Notes: generated by a model not told the origin, from the letters alone. A stretch of 63,815 nucleotides of DNA, filler included, from Gemmatimonadota bacterium (GCA_003697105.1; 4 parts of 4 records of this genome joined end to end with filler, not necessarily neighbours in it); one strand, 5' to 3'; counted from the whole stretch's first letter, positions 38,959 to 50,793 are shown. Translations and numbers: made by a program.

Positions 38959-40241
38959 TGATTATCACCCAGCATATTAGACACAAATGTAGGTAGCGCA
39001 AAGGCGCCCCGATGCACCCCAGCATTGTAATATTGCAACTGGTGTGTGGTGGCAAACGCATTTGCGTGCTCATCATCCAAACCGGTTAAGGGGTGGGCTG
39101 AACCTTTGGAGGCATAGGAAAAACTCCACATACCGGTGGGATACGTGGGAATGTACGCCAGATAGCAGTACACCTGATCCCGGCCAAAAATCTGCCGGTG
39201 ACAATCAAAAATCTCCCGGAAAATACGCTGGTTGTAGCGGGGTGATTCGCTTTGTACAACCAAAATCCCATTTTCACTTAAAATGCGGTAAACTTGGCGA
39301 TAAAATGCCTCGTTAAATAATCCGGCGGCGGGTCCAATGGGGTCGGTGGAGTCCACGATCACCACATCAAAGGCGGCATCTTTGGCATTTTGGACGTATT
39401 TAATGCCATCCTCTATTCGCAGGTCTAATTGGGGATGCTCCAAGGCAGCAGAAATGGAGGGTAGATGTGCTTTCGACGCCTCAATCACCAGCGCATCAAT
39501 TTCCACCATGACCACTTGCTCTAATTGCTCATGACGGAGTAATTCCCGCGCCACCCCGCCATCACCTCCGCCGATAATTAATGCCCGTTTCGGATTCGGA
39601 TGGGTTAGAACCGGAACGTGAGCAATCATTTCATGGTAGGCGTACTCATCTTTTTCGGTACACATAATACACCCATCTAAAACAAGCATATTACCAAACT
39701 CAAAGGTTTGATAGACCTCGACTTTTTGGAACGGTGAATTTTTCCGATACAGCAGATCGCCGGTATGGCGCACGGAAAACGCAGTGTTTTGTTCACGTTC
39801 CGTAAACCAGACATCGCGGCTACTTTTCACTTTGGGCTGCATATCCGCGAGGGGTTGCAGTTCAGATGGTGTTTCACCGGCTTTTTCCAACAGATGCAGC
39901 GAACCCCGTTGCATTTCCATCGCGGAATAATGGGTTGCTTCGAGCACCTCTTTCATTAGGTCGAATGAGACCCACGGATCCACAATATCACCGCAGGTAA
40001 AGAGGTCCACCGAGGCAAATTGATATTCGGGCCACGTATGAATTGCTAAATGACTCTCCTGAATCACTACCACGCCGGAAACACCAAACGGCGAAAAATG
40101 ATGAAAAGTAGAGTTGATCACCGTTGCACCGGCTTCTGTAGCGGCGTTGAGCATCCCCTGCTCAATGTGAATCACATCATTGAGCCGGGCAGACGTACAG
40201 CCGTAAAATTCAACAATGATATGCCGTCCAAGGGCATCCAT
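38955..40241 (-). CDS. speE: S-adenosylmethionine decarboxylase-aminopropyltransferase (SpeD-SpeE) fusion
   Basis: N-terminal G.H...E...[27 protein letters not shown]-terminal [25 protein letters not shown] 40241 after GGAGG. Confidence 0.93.
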   Translation of the reverse strand: MDALGRHIIVEFYGCTSARLNDVIHIEQGMLNAATEAGATVINSTFHHFSPFGVSGVVVIQESHLAIHTWPEYQFASVDLFTCGDIVDPWVSFDLMKEVLEATHYSAMEMQRGSLHLLEKAGETPSELQPLADMQPKVKSSRDVWFTEREQNTAFSVRHTGDLLYRKNSPFQKVEVYQTFEFGNMLVLDGCIMCTEKDEYAYHEMIAHVPVLTHPNPKRALIIGGGDGGVARELLRHEQLEQVVMVEIDALVIEASKAHLPSISAALEHPQLDLRIEDGIKYVQNAKDAAFDVVIVDSTDPIGPAAGLFNEAFYRQVYRILSENGILVVQSESPRYNQRIFREIFDCHRQIFGRDQVYCYLAYIPTYPTGMWSFSYASKGSAHPLTGLDDEHANAFATTHQLQYYNAGVHRGAFALPTFVSNMLGDNQ

Positions 40242-40336
40242 AACAACCTCCCATGATGAGAAAATGAACAAACTGATTTGAGTTAGAATGTAAATAATGT
40301 TCTGATGAATCGCACGATGCACTTGAGGGATAATCG

Positions 40337-40572
40337 TTACACGGTCAATTTTGGTTTGAATAGCAATATAAGCGTAGGGAGTACCATCAGATCCGCCAAA
40401 AGTGCCACAAATAAGGTGATCGAGGTCAGCAGTCCAAAAACCGATGTGCCGGTAAAGTTGGAGGTCAGCAAAATTCCGAAGCCGAAGAATAAAATCACGG
40501 AAGTAAAGATCATCGCTTTGCCGGTTGTGAGCAACGTCTGGCGGATGGCTTCCGGTAAGGAACGACCGGCGG
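40337..40572 (-). CDS. C-terminal fragment of an MMPL/RND family transporter (cut by the gap)
   Basis: [17 protein letters not shown].....FG.L.......AL..DL.VLP.L. Confidence 0.8.
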
Positions 40573-40672
40573 NNNNNNNNNNNNNNNNNNNNNNNNNNNN
40601 NNNNNNNNNNNNNNNNTTAATTAATTAANNNNNNNNNNNNNNNNNNNNNNNNNNNNNNNNNNNNNNNNNNNN
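40573..40672. other. Artificial assembly spacer
   Basis: N44-TTAATTAATTAA-N44. Confidence 0.97.
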
Positions 40673-41440
40673 ATTCAGTTTTGTGATGGGGCATTGGATG
40701 ATTGCCCGTTGTTCTCACAGGAAAGCGGGTTTCTGGGTGCGATCCAACAGGTGAGAGAACAGCTTGAGGTCTATTTCTGTAATTTATATTTACATAATTT
40801 TAGAACACTTTATGCGCGCTACGCCGCCGGCGACCTTGCCCGTGCCCTTGACTTTGACCTTGACCTTGCCCTTGACCTTGACCGTGACCTTGCCCTTGCC
40901 CGTGACCTTGCCCTTGCCCGTGACCTTGCCCTTGCCCGTGCCCTTGACCGTGACCTTGCCCTTGACCTTGCCCTTGCCCGTGCCCGTGCCCGTGCCCGTG
41001 CCCTTGCCCTTGACCTTGCCCTTGCCCTTGCCCTTGACCGTGACCTTGACCTTGCCCGTGCCCGTGACCTTGCCCGTGACCTTGCCCTTGCCCGTGCCCG
41101 TGCCCTTGACCGTGCCCTTGACCTTGACCTTGCCCTTGACCTTGACCTTGTTAAAAAATTAGAGAACTCTAACAAATTACGAAAGTCTAAAATGATTAGA
41201 ATTGTAAAGGAGATTGAGGCTCAATGGACTTCCAGCTTACACGCTATCCTCAAAGCTTATCCAACGTATTTAGAAGGTGATCATCGGCAGTTTATTCAGT
41301 TTAGCACTTTGGGGTTGATTTTAATGGGCTTTATTAACTATTTTAGAGCTATTTATGCGGAAAAAGGCATACAAGACGAGTGGGATTTGGTGGTGTTTGA
41401 TACGTTTATGGCACATTTTGCAATGAGGAATGAACCATGA
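40673..41440 (+). CDS. 3' part of a protein with an (A/D)(L/R) dipeptide repeat; 5' end lost in the gap
   Basis: Frame is open from the gap edge (IQFCDGALDD...) to the stop at 41440. Similar DLALAR repeats are recalled from C-termini of NACHT-type proteins, but no NTPase domain is visible here. Confidence 0.6.
   Translation: MQFCDGALDDCPLFSQESGFLGAIQQVREQLEVYFCNLYLHNFRTLYARYAAGDLARALDFDLDLALDLDRDLALARDLALARDLALARALDRDLALDLALARARARARALALDLALALALDRDLDLARARDLARDLALARARALDRALDLDLALDLDLVKKLENSNKLRKSKMIRIVKEIEAQWTSSLHAILKAYPTYLEGDHRQFIQFSTLGLILMGFINYFRAIYAEKGIQDEWDLVVFDTFMAHFAMRNEP
40832..41149 (+). repeat. 53 tandem hexamers G[A/C]CC[T/G]T
   Basis: Only GACCTT, GCCCTT, GCCCGT and GACCGT occur, plus one GACTTT. 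Confidence 0.95.
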
Positions 41441-41845
41441 GGGTTTTGGATTGTTTTGGGACGAAACCCCACAACAAAATTATCCAGATGTTACAAGGCG
41501 TCAAGACGCCTTGTTCGCATTCAGCCCTGAAGAGTATATAGCACACGTTTCATAGGTATTCTTCAGGGCTGTACGTCTAAAATAACTTTTTAGACCGGGC
41601 TCAACCTAGTATTCTATTGAGTGGGTTTCAAAATGAAATTGGATTGGTTTCAATCTGAAATCTGAAAAGGGAATTCGCGAAGGGCTTACGAGGGAGGTAG
41701 TATATATTTAGTGCCTTTATTTTCAATGGGTTATATCTATATTAGGGGTAGATCAGCTCTTGGCACAGCGTGTGCTTTACCATCATATTGAACGTAACGC
41801 GTAACGCGCTTCTTATTAGACATAACTGTCTTACCCTCCTTAACG

Positions 41846-41882
41846 CAAAACCCCCCTCATAGTATAAGTGAGGGGGGTTTTG
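41846..41882. terminator. Bidirectional intrinsic terminator
   Basis: CAAAACCCCCCTCA / TGAGGGGGGTTTTG perfect 14-bp inverted repeat immediately after the yigZ stop. Confidence 0.85.
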
Positions 41883-41884
41883 TG

Positions 41885-42478
41885 TTATCTGCTGTTCAGG
41901 GCGGCTTTTAACTGGTCTGCCTGACTTTTCCGAATCTGAATATGTAGGACAACCTCTGTTCCGCCATAATCGATATGATCCACCGTACCCCCTAGTTTTT
42001 CCAGCGTATGCAGGGCTTTACCAATACCGGCATAGGGGACGGTGTGTTGGAGACATGTCATTTGAATGACGGTCTGGAATTGGGCAAGTTCCAAGCAGGC
42101 TTCGGCAGTGCCGCCGTAGGCACGGATCAAGCCGCCAACACCTAATTTAACCCCGCCAAAATAGCGAATCACCGCGCAAATCCCATTGACGACAGCGTAC
42201 TTTTGCAATACAGAGAGTACCGGCTTGCCGGCGGAGTACGTCGGTTCACCATCATCTGTACAATACTCACGAATCGTGTCCTCAATTTTCAACCGGTAGG
42301 CATAGACGATGTGGGTCGGGTTGTGGTGGGTTTGCCGGACTTCCGCTAAAAAGGCGTCGATTTCTGCTTCAGAATTGACGCGGCGAGCCCAGCCGAAAAA
42401 TCGAGACCGTTTTTCCGTTACTTTTACTTGCGGTTCATTTGCTAAGGTTTTGAAATTGTCAGATGGATCTACTTTCAT
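41885..42478 (-). CDS. yigZ: YigZ/IMPACT family protein
   Basis: EKRSRF, H...AY, DDGEP..AG.P, RYFGG.KLG.GGL.RAY. Confidence 0.93.
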   Translation of the reverse strand: MKVDPSDNFKTLANEPQVKVTEKRSRFFGWARRVNSEAEIDAFLAEVRQTHHNPTHIVYAYRLKIEDTIREYCTDDGEPTYSAGKPVLSVLQKYAVVNGICAVIRYFGGVKLGVGGLIRAYGGTAEACLELAQFQTVIQMTCLQHTVPYAGIGKALHTLEKLGGTVDHIDYGGTEVVLHIQIRKSQADQLKAALNSR

Positions 42479-42546
42479 ATATTCGATTGGATGGTTGGGT
42501 GCATGTGGTATGGTTTGCTAAAAAATAGGTGGGGTGCCCTGTCGCC

Positions 42547-43806
42547 TCACCAGAAGGGCCGGAGGGCTTCCCACTGAACGATCCCCAGCGGCGCGGTTGG
42601 ATGGTAGCCAAACAGCGTGATCGGTTCTACAGGCGCTTGGGTGGCATCGATCCGCCCTTCGCTGGCGGTTAAACTGTGGGTAATCAGGTATCCTTCGATG
42701 GTGCCCCGAGTCCAAAGGTGCCCGGTTGCGTAAATGAAGCCACGGAGATGGGCATAGGTTCCAATTTCCACCTGAGTTTGCCCCGGTTCCGCATATCCGT
42801 GGTAAATGATGCTCCCATCGACCCGGCTCCGGTCTGCCAGCGTTATTTTACCGGCATGTTGGGGTGCCTCGATGTACAGTAAACTATTGCCGGTAATCTG
42901 TGCCTCGTCTAATAATGTGATTTGTCCGGTTGAGAGCACTTGCCCGCTAATACGGCTCCAATTCCGGCAGATGATGGTCTCACTGCTATACAGTTGGGCG
43001 CCGGGAAGGGTGGCGCGTTCCGCAATGGTCAACTGGTGGCGGGCAATGAGCTGAATGTCATCGCGGATTTCGAGCGTCCCATCCACTAAAATATTGCTGG
43101 CGATGAAGGTCAAGGGGGTATCGAACCAACCCGGACCGCCGCCAGAGGAAAGGTGCAAATCTCCCAAAATATAGATCACGCTGCCGGCTTCAAAAGGGGG
43201 TGGATCGACGTCCGTATAAAATACGGAATGCCCAATTTGGACATCCGCGAGGTTAGGGTTTGCCAGTAGATTCCTCATATGGGCAATGGCGCGGCTCACT
43301 TGGGTAAAATCCCACTCTGGCAATGCTGTTTGCCACTGTCCGCCAGTGATTTCTACTTCGGGACGAATATCGGGGGGTTCTTGGCAGGTGATTGCTGCCG
43401 GTGGTTTTTGGAATATCTGCCCTAAGCGAGCACTCACGGATCGTTGCCGCGAGCCAATTTGTCCGGTAGATTTTACCTGCACAAACGCCCCGGCATCGAG
43501 TACGGTAATGGTGCACCTTCCGGGAAAGTCAACCGAGATGGGATCAAAGGTTTCAGACCCGCGCCAATTCTTTGTTTTACCACCATTTCCGGCTAAAAGC
43601 CATTGCGCCTTTTGAACCCCTGCTTCGGCAAGGTAAAATGCCTGAGCGTTCTGTTCAAACCGGTGAAGATTATCACGCCGGTAATAAATCACCCCGAACC
43701 ACGTCAAAATGAGCAAAGACATGACCAGCAAGACCAAGATAACATGCGTCAAAATGGACCCACGTGATAATGGTTGAGAGGGGATGGGGGGAATGGTACG
43801 GTTCAT
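42547..43806 (-). CDS. PilX/GspK-like minor pilin N-terminus with beta-helix-like C-terminal region
   Basis: RGSIL + hydrophobic helix; AQAFYLAEAGV..A; V.STG; repeated I.G..Y..G units. Confidence 0.6.
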   Translation of the reverse strand: MNRTIPPIPSQPLSRGSILTHVILVLLVMSLLILTWFGVIYYRRDNLHRFEQNAQAFYLAEAGVQKAQWLLAGNGGKTKNWRGSETFDPISVDFPGRCTITVLDAGAFVQVKSTGQIGSRQRSVSARLGQIFQKPPAAITCQEPPDIRPEVEITGGQWQTALPEWDFTQVSRAIAHMRNLLANPNLADVQIGHSVFYTDVDPPPFEAGSVIYILGDLHLSSGGGPGWFDTPLTFIASNILVDGTLEIRDDIQLIARHQLTIAERATLPGAQLYSSETIICRNWSRISGQVLSTGQITLLDEAQITGNSLLYIEAPQHAGKITLADRSRVDGSIIYHGYAEPGQTQVEIGTYAHLRGFIYATGHLWTRGTIEGYLITHSLTASEGRIDATQAPVEPITLFGYHPTAPLGIVQWEALRPFW

Positions 43807-43830
43807 CGGTCTTCTTTTCAGGGTGATTCC

Positions 43831-44970
43831 TTAATGTGATACAATGGGGTGCGGGTACTCTGGGGAGCGGTGCTGGAATGATAAAATTTTAGGATTTTGG
43901 ATGACTCCCTCCCGAATTTCAATTGCCCGGTGGATAGTTTCGTCCCGATCCCATGCTTCATGACCCTCTATCACCACCGGCAAATAGGGCAACAGTGCTT
44001 TAGAAATCTCACGTGACGCACTATCCCACAAATAAGATGGGGTATGATCAACCGCATAATATGTGATCCCGCCAACAGTAAACGTTGGGTTTTCAAAGGA
44101 GGTTGGACGCGCAAAAGGGAATCCCATTCCTAAATCACAACTGACGTCAATGATGAGGCTGCCGGAAGGGAAGCGATGAATTTCATCCGCGTGCACAAAC
44201 ATCACTGGATTATCCGTATCCTGCAAAATTCCGTTGACGATAATATCCATTGTTTCCAAATCATCAATTAGCGGGTATTCATTATGGTTATCATCGATTA
44301 CCTTTAGACGCCCGTCATCACCGGCATAGAATTGGCGATACTGGACGCCGATAACTTGGTCTGCCACCCAAACGCTAGGGCGGCGCGTATAGACGGTAAT
44401 ATCGGTGAAACCGCGACCTTTCAACGCATAAATGGCACCCCGACTCACAGACCCCAAGCTGATCACGGTGACGCGGCGCGGTCGTCCATAAAATCCATCC
44501 ATGCCGGTCAACCGAAGGGCATCCAACACGGCACAGTAGCCCGCCATCTCGTTATTTTTATAAAAGATGTGCATTTGCCGTGACCCGTTGCGATTCCATT
44601 TGTGCATTGCTTCCCATGCGATTAAGGTTAATTTTTTATCGATAGAAATTTGAGTAAAGGTTTGCTGTTGCACACAATGGGGCCATCCCCACAGGATTCC
44701 ACCGGATTTCATCGCCTCAAAATCTGCCAGAACCGGTTTTGGCAGCAACACCATATCACACTGGAAGATTTCCTCACGGGAGACCACCTGCATATTTTTC
44801 GCGCGGATGGTCTCATCCGGCACCCCAAACGGTTCACCGTAACCGCTCTCAAAATAGAGGTATGGGTACAGTTCACTCTGGATCCAATCTAGGTGCTCCG
44901 GATGAATTGGGACCCGCTTTTCATTCTCTTTACCCGATTTACCGATAACCCCAATGGTTAATTTACTCAT
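43831..44970 (-). CDS. N5-(carboxyethyl)ornithine synthase-like protein (AlaDH/PNT family)
   Basis: KENEKRVPIHP, GW.HCVQ, NNEMAGYCAV, NGILQD.D.P, DVSCD.GMGF.FA.PTSF..P, YYAVDHTPS. Confidence 0.85.
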   Translation of the reverse strand: MSKLTIGVIGKSGKENEKRVPIHPEHLDWIQSELYPYLYFESGYGEPFGVPDETIRAKNMQVVSREEIFQCDMVLLPKPVLADFEAMKSGGILWGWPHCVQQQTFTQISIDKKLTLIAWEAMHKWNRNGSRQMHIFYKNNEMAGYCAVLDALRLTGMDGFYGRPRRVTVISLGSVSRGAIYALKGRGFTDITVYTRRPSVWVADQVIGVQYRQFYAGDDGRLKVIDDNHNEYPLIDDLETMDIIVNGILQDTDNPVMFVHADEIHRFPSGSLIIDVSCDLGMGFPFARPTSFENPTFTVGGITYYAVDHTPSYLWDSASREISKALLPYLPVVIEGHEAWDRDETIHRAIEIREGVIQNPKILSFQHRSPEYPHPIVSH

Positions 44971-45003
44971 GAGAATCTCCTTATCGCTAGATCACCTTGA
45001 AGC

Positions 45004-45040
45004 AAAAAGCGGCGTTCCAGATTTCCGTCGAAACGCCGCT
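45004..45040 (-). terminator. Intrinsic terminator after katG
   Basis: AGCGGCGTT / AACGCCGCT stem with a U tract on the minus strand. Confidence 0.65.
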
Positions 45041-45068
45041 CGTAGGATAGTTTTAATTTAGATACGGT

Positions 45069-47354
<2,286 letters not shown>

Positions 47355-47482
47355 TTACTGGGACGAGACCTCCGGTGAAACCGAGAAGATCCCCAAGACA
47401 CGAAGATCGAAACTTTGGGGATGTTACCATTCTGATAATCGATTCCGGCTTGTCTTGCTAACGTGTCTTGCCAATGATACAT

Positions 47483-48220
47483 TTAACCTCGCCACATCAG
47501 GTTGATTGCCATAGCAATCACGGCTATTGCCAAGACATACCTTAACCACTTTTCACCCAGTGCCACCGCAGAGTGGCTACCGATCCACCCACCCAAACCA
47601 TTACCCAGGGCTAAAGTACTGCCGATAAGCCAATCGATTTTGCCTTCCCAAATAAAGACACTCAGGGCAAAAATGGTATAAATACCAACGATAAATACTT
47701 TATAATAGTTGACATAGACTAAATTTTTACCCGTAACTACGGTTAATGCCATGATCAAAAAAAAGCCGACACCCGCTTGGATGAAGCCACCATAAATTCC
47801 AACAAAAAAGAAGATGAGCAGGGTCAATCCCCAGCCGCGAGAGCCTTTTTTTAGGTGGATTTTCGGTTTTTTTAAGGTGATAATCAGCACCAAGACCATA
47901 ATTACCGCTAACACCTTACGAAACCATTCATCCGGTAATTCCACTCCGATTTTCGCCCCAACCATTGCGCCCATTAGCGTCGGAAGCGCCAGTTGGATGC
48001 TCCGTTTGACATCTGATATGCCTTTGCGGTGAAAGCCGCTAACCGCAAATATATTTTGTACTAAAATCGCAATTCGATTCGTACCGTTGGCGGTTGCGCC
48101 CGACAATCCGATAAAAATAAGTGTTGGTAGGGTCAATAGGGAACCACCACCTGCCAGGGTATTGATTATGCCCGCGACTATCCCGACGACAAATACAATC
48201 ACGAGTTGGGTCAGTTCCAT
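47483..48220 (-). CDS. TauE/SafE family sulfite exporter
   Basis: AG.INTLAGGGSL.TLP, ANGTN, G.YGGF...GVG. Confidence 0.9.
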   Translation of the reverse strand: MELTQLVIVFVVGIVAGIINTLAGGGSLLTLPTLIFIGLSGATANGTNRIAILVQNIFAVSGFHRKGISDVKRSIQLALPTLMGAMVGAKIGVELPDEWFRKVLAVIMVLVLIITLKKPKIHLKKGSRGWGLTLLIFFFVGIYGGFIQAGVGFFLIMALTVVTGKNLVYVNYYKVFIVGIYTIFALSVFIWEGKIDWLIGSTLALGNGLGGWIGSHSAVALGEKWLRYVLAIAVIAMAINLMWRG

Positions 48221-48230
48221 CTGATGTCCT

Positions 48231-49844
48231 CTATACCTTGGATGGTACACTGAATTCCGGAACACCGGATTGAGCGGTTTGATGAAGTCCGAGTTGCTCC
48301 GCTTCAGGTATTGGGCGCATTCCAGAGGTATCCACTTGGAGCGGTTGGTCAAACAGACGATTTTTTTCCAATATTAATTGCCGGCGGGAGTAATCAAAAT
48401 AGACGGTAAATTTGTGTAAAATTTGTCCGCCAATTGTACCCAGTGTAGATTCCAGCGAGAGGATGTTTGCCTCTTCCGCCACCAACGCCACCAGCGGGTC
48501 TGGTATTCGCACGTGTCCCAGTTGCAGATTTTCCATACGGGTAAGATACGTCAATGATTCTCCCCCAATCCCGAACGTGTTTACTTCCATGAGTTGGCGG
48601 TTTTTCAGTAGGTTATGCTCTTTTAGGACTCGAATACCCAGATGCAGACAACCGCTTGATCCGGTATCGACCCGAAAATCACCTTCAATTCCATTAATAG
48701 ACCCCGGAATTTGCAAGATATTGGTCACTAATTTGCCGGTGAGAACTTCGCCTTCACCGGAATAAGCAAATCCTCGGGGATCAAATAACCCGAGTCGCTG
48801 TTGCTCATAATCGACCCGGATAACGCAACGGATAAATAGATCGTAACCGAGCACGCCGTGTACCTCGCGACCTGTCTGCAAGCGGACTTCTGATAAATCC
48901 ATGGCGTAGGTACGCTGGTGGTGAATTTCAACCCCGGGTAATCTAAATTTTTCCACCTGAACTGCTTCGACGAGTTGTTGCCCTCCCACCCCTAAAATGG
49001 GCATTGTACCGCGGCGTGGTATATGTAATTGATCCGCTAATTCTTGGCTGATAACCGTACTGCCCGCTCCAGAATCCAAAATAAAGAGTACTGGCGGGCT
49101 GTCATTTACCTGTACGGGCACATAAATGTGGTAATTGTGGATTTCTACCGGGATTTGGCGCGCCACCACCGGATCAACGAAGACCACATCTTTTGCCGGA
49201 GATGTGGGTATCTGGAACAGGCTATCGGGTAGCAACGGGTTTAGCCGGATGTGCTCCAATTGGAAGTCTAATGCCGGAAAACCTGCAATCGGAGTCGATT
49301 GGACAAACCGGTGAGCCACTTGTAAGCCCTGAATTGGACGATAATCGCTGAAATCAATTTGCACTGGCAACCCTTGGTCGTGGAGAATTCGCCGTTTGAG
49401 AAGAAACGTTGTGGCATCAATGAAGAGCTGTTCCACTTCGGGTGGATCGCCTTCTATTTTCTCCAGAACGAAGCAGCGCACCTCATCAATATTGACCGCC
49501 GGTAAACTTCTCAATTGGATTTGGGGAGAGGGAAATAGGTATTGGTAATCCGGCAGCACATTTGGTTTTCCCGCGCCAGCAATGGTTTTTTCTTGTAGCA
49601 CTTGTACTTGCTGATTTTGGTCTAAGCGCCAGCGGGTTTGCCCGTCACAACCGGTGGTCTCGTTTGTCACCTCAGAGATGATCTCGAAACGGGATTTATC
49701 CGGTGCGCGATAAAATTCTTCTGCTCGACCCTGCCAAAAAAGGACATCTACCCGGTAGGTGGCGTGCCAGGCGTGGATGTGCTGTAATCGTTCTGCACCG
49801 CCAAGGGCTTCACAATGATAGTGTAAGATGGAGTTTAGGTTCAA
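48231..49844 (-). CDS. Two-domain retropepsin-like aspartyl protease with N-terminal LolA-like region
   Basis: FILDSGA...GVLG and FRVDTGS...GTIG motifs; FSDYR.I.G..V.H upstream. Confidence 0.8.
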   Translation of the reverse strand: MNLNSILHYHCEALGGAERLQHIHAWHATYRVDVLFWQGRAEEFYRAPDKSRFEIISEVTNETTGCDGQTRWRLDQNQQVQVLQEKTIAGAGKPNVLPDYQYLFPSPQIQLRSLPAVNIDEVRCFVLEKIEGDPPEVEQLFIDATTFLLKRRILHDQGLPVQIDFSDYRPIQGLQVAHRFVQSTPIAGFPALDFQLEHIRLNPLLPDSLFQIPTSPAKDVVFVDPVVARQIPVEIHNYHIYVPVQVNDSPPVLFILDSGAGSTVISQELADQLHIPRRGTMPILGVGGQQLVEAVQVEKFRLPGVEIHHQRTYAMDLSEVRLQTGREVHGVLGYDLFIRCVIRVDYEQQRLGLFDPRGFAYSGEGEVLTGKLVTNILQIPGSINGIEGDFRVDTGSSGCLHLGIRVLKEHNLLKNRQLMEVNTFGIGGESLTYLTRMENLQLGHVRIPDPLVALVAEEANILSLESTLGTIGGQILHKFTVYFDYSRRQLILEKNRLFDQPLQVDTSGMRPIPEAEQLGLHQTAQSGVPEFSVPSKV

Positions 49845-49930
49845 GAGATTTTCCTTTGATATTAGAATTGACGCTAATGAACAAATCCGCTATTTTCAGA
49901 TGAAACCTTTTTAACTTCAGGAGCCGTACA

Positions 49931-50707
49931 ATGCAACGTTTTTTTCTGATTATTCTGGTGTGCTGGTTAGGGGCGTGTACAAGCGAACCTTCTAACTCTG
50001 CCCCGTCGCACGAACCGACTCGCTATACGTATGAAGTCGTCAACCGCTATCCGCACCAAACGGATGCGTTCACCCAAGGTTTGATTTATGTGGAAGGGGT
50101 CTTGTACGAAAGTGTTGGGCGGTATGGATACTCGGCTTTGCGTGAAGTGGACCTGATCCGAGGAGAGGTTCTCCGGCAGCACACCCTCAGTGCGGATTAT
50201 TTTGCCGAAGGATTGACCCTATTTGATAACCGGTTGATTCAACTTACGTGGCGCGAGGAGACCGGTTTTGTCTATGATCGCACTACCTTTGAGGTGATCG
50301 ATACTTTTGAATACCTGACACAAGGATGGGGCTTAACGCACGATGGCGAACATCTGATTATGAGTGATGGTAGTTCCACGCTCTATTTCCTCGATCCCCA
50401 AACATACGAGGTCATCTCCAAATTACCGGTACGGGAAGGTTCCCGGCCTATTACTCGCCTGAATGAATTGGAGTACATCGAAGGGTACATCTATGCCAAT
50501 GTTTGGCAAACAGAACAGATTGTGATTATTCATCCGGTTAGTGGACAAGTTGCCGGCTGGATTGATCTGACCGGTCTCCGCCCACCCAGTGACCAACCAG
50601 TGGATGTGCTTAATGGAATTGCCTATGAAACCGAAACCGGACATCTGTTTGTTACGGGTAAATTGTGGCCCCTTTTGTTTGAAATCAAATTAATTGAGGT
50701 TAAATGA
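49931..50707 (+). CDS. Glutaminyl-peptide cyclotransferase (lipoprotein)
   Basis: LGAC lipobox; YPH..AFTQGL, F.EG, QLTW, GWGL, NELE, VLNGIA, TGKLWP. Confidence 0.95.
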   Translation: MQRFFLIILVCWLGACTSEPSNSAPSHEPTRYTYEVVNRYPHQTDAFTQGLIYVEGVLYESVGRYGYSALREVDLIRGEVLRQHTLSADYFAEGLTLFDNRLIQLTWREETGFVYDRTTFEVIDTFEYLTQGWGLTHDGEHLIMSDGSSTLYFLDPQTYEVISKLPVREGSRPITRLNELEYIEGYIYANVWQTEQIVIIHPVSGQVAGWIDLTGLRPPSDQPVDVLNGIAYETETGHLFVTGKLWPLLFEIKLIEVK

Positions 50708-50793
50708 GTTTGGGAATTAGGGGTTAGGGATCAGGGGGAACGAAAATCGCAACTTCCCAACTCATAAACTCCCCAACTCCCCAACCCCCAGCT
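50706..50793. repeat. Short G-rich heptamer and C-rich octamer repeats between convergent genes
   Basis: GAATTAG-GGGTTAG-GGATCAG, then AACTTCCC-AACTCATA-AACTCCCC-AACTCCCC-AACCCCCA. Confidence 0.65.

Noticed and set aside
40764-41175. Alternative-frame ORFs LPLPVT-repeat (+) and RS/RA-repeat 'SR-like' protein (-)
   Set aside because: By-products of the stop-free hexamer array; only the DL/AR frame extends on both sides.
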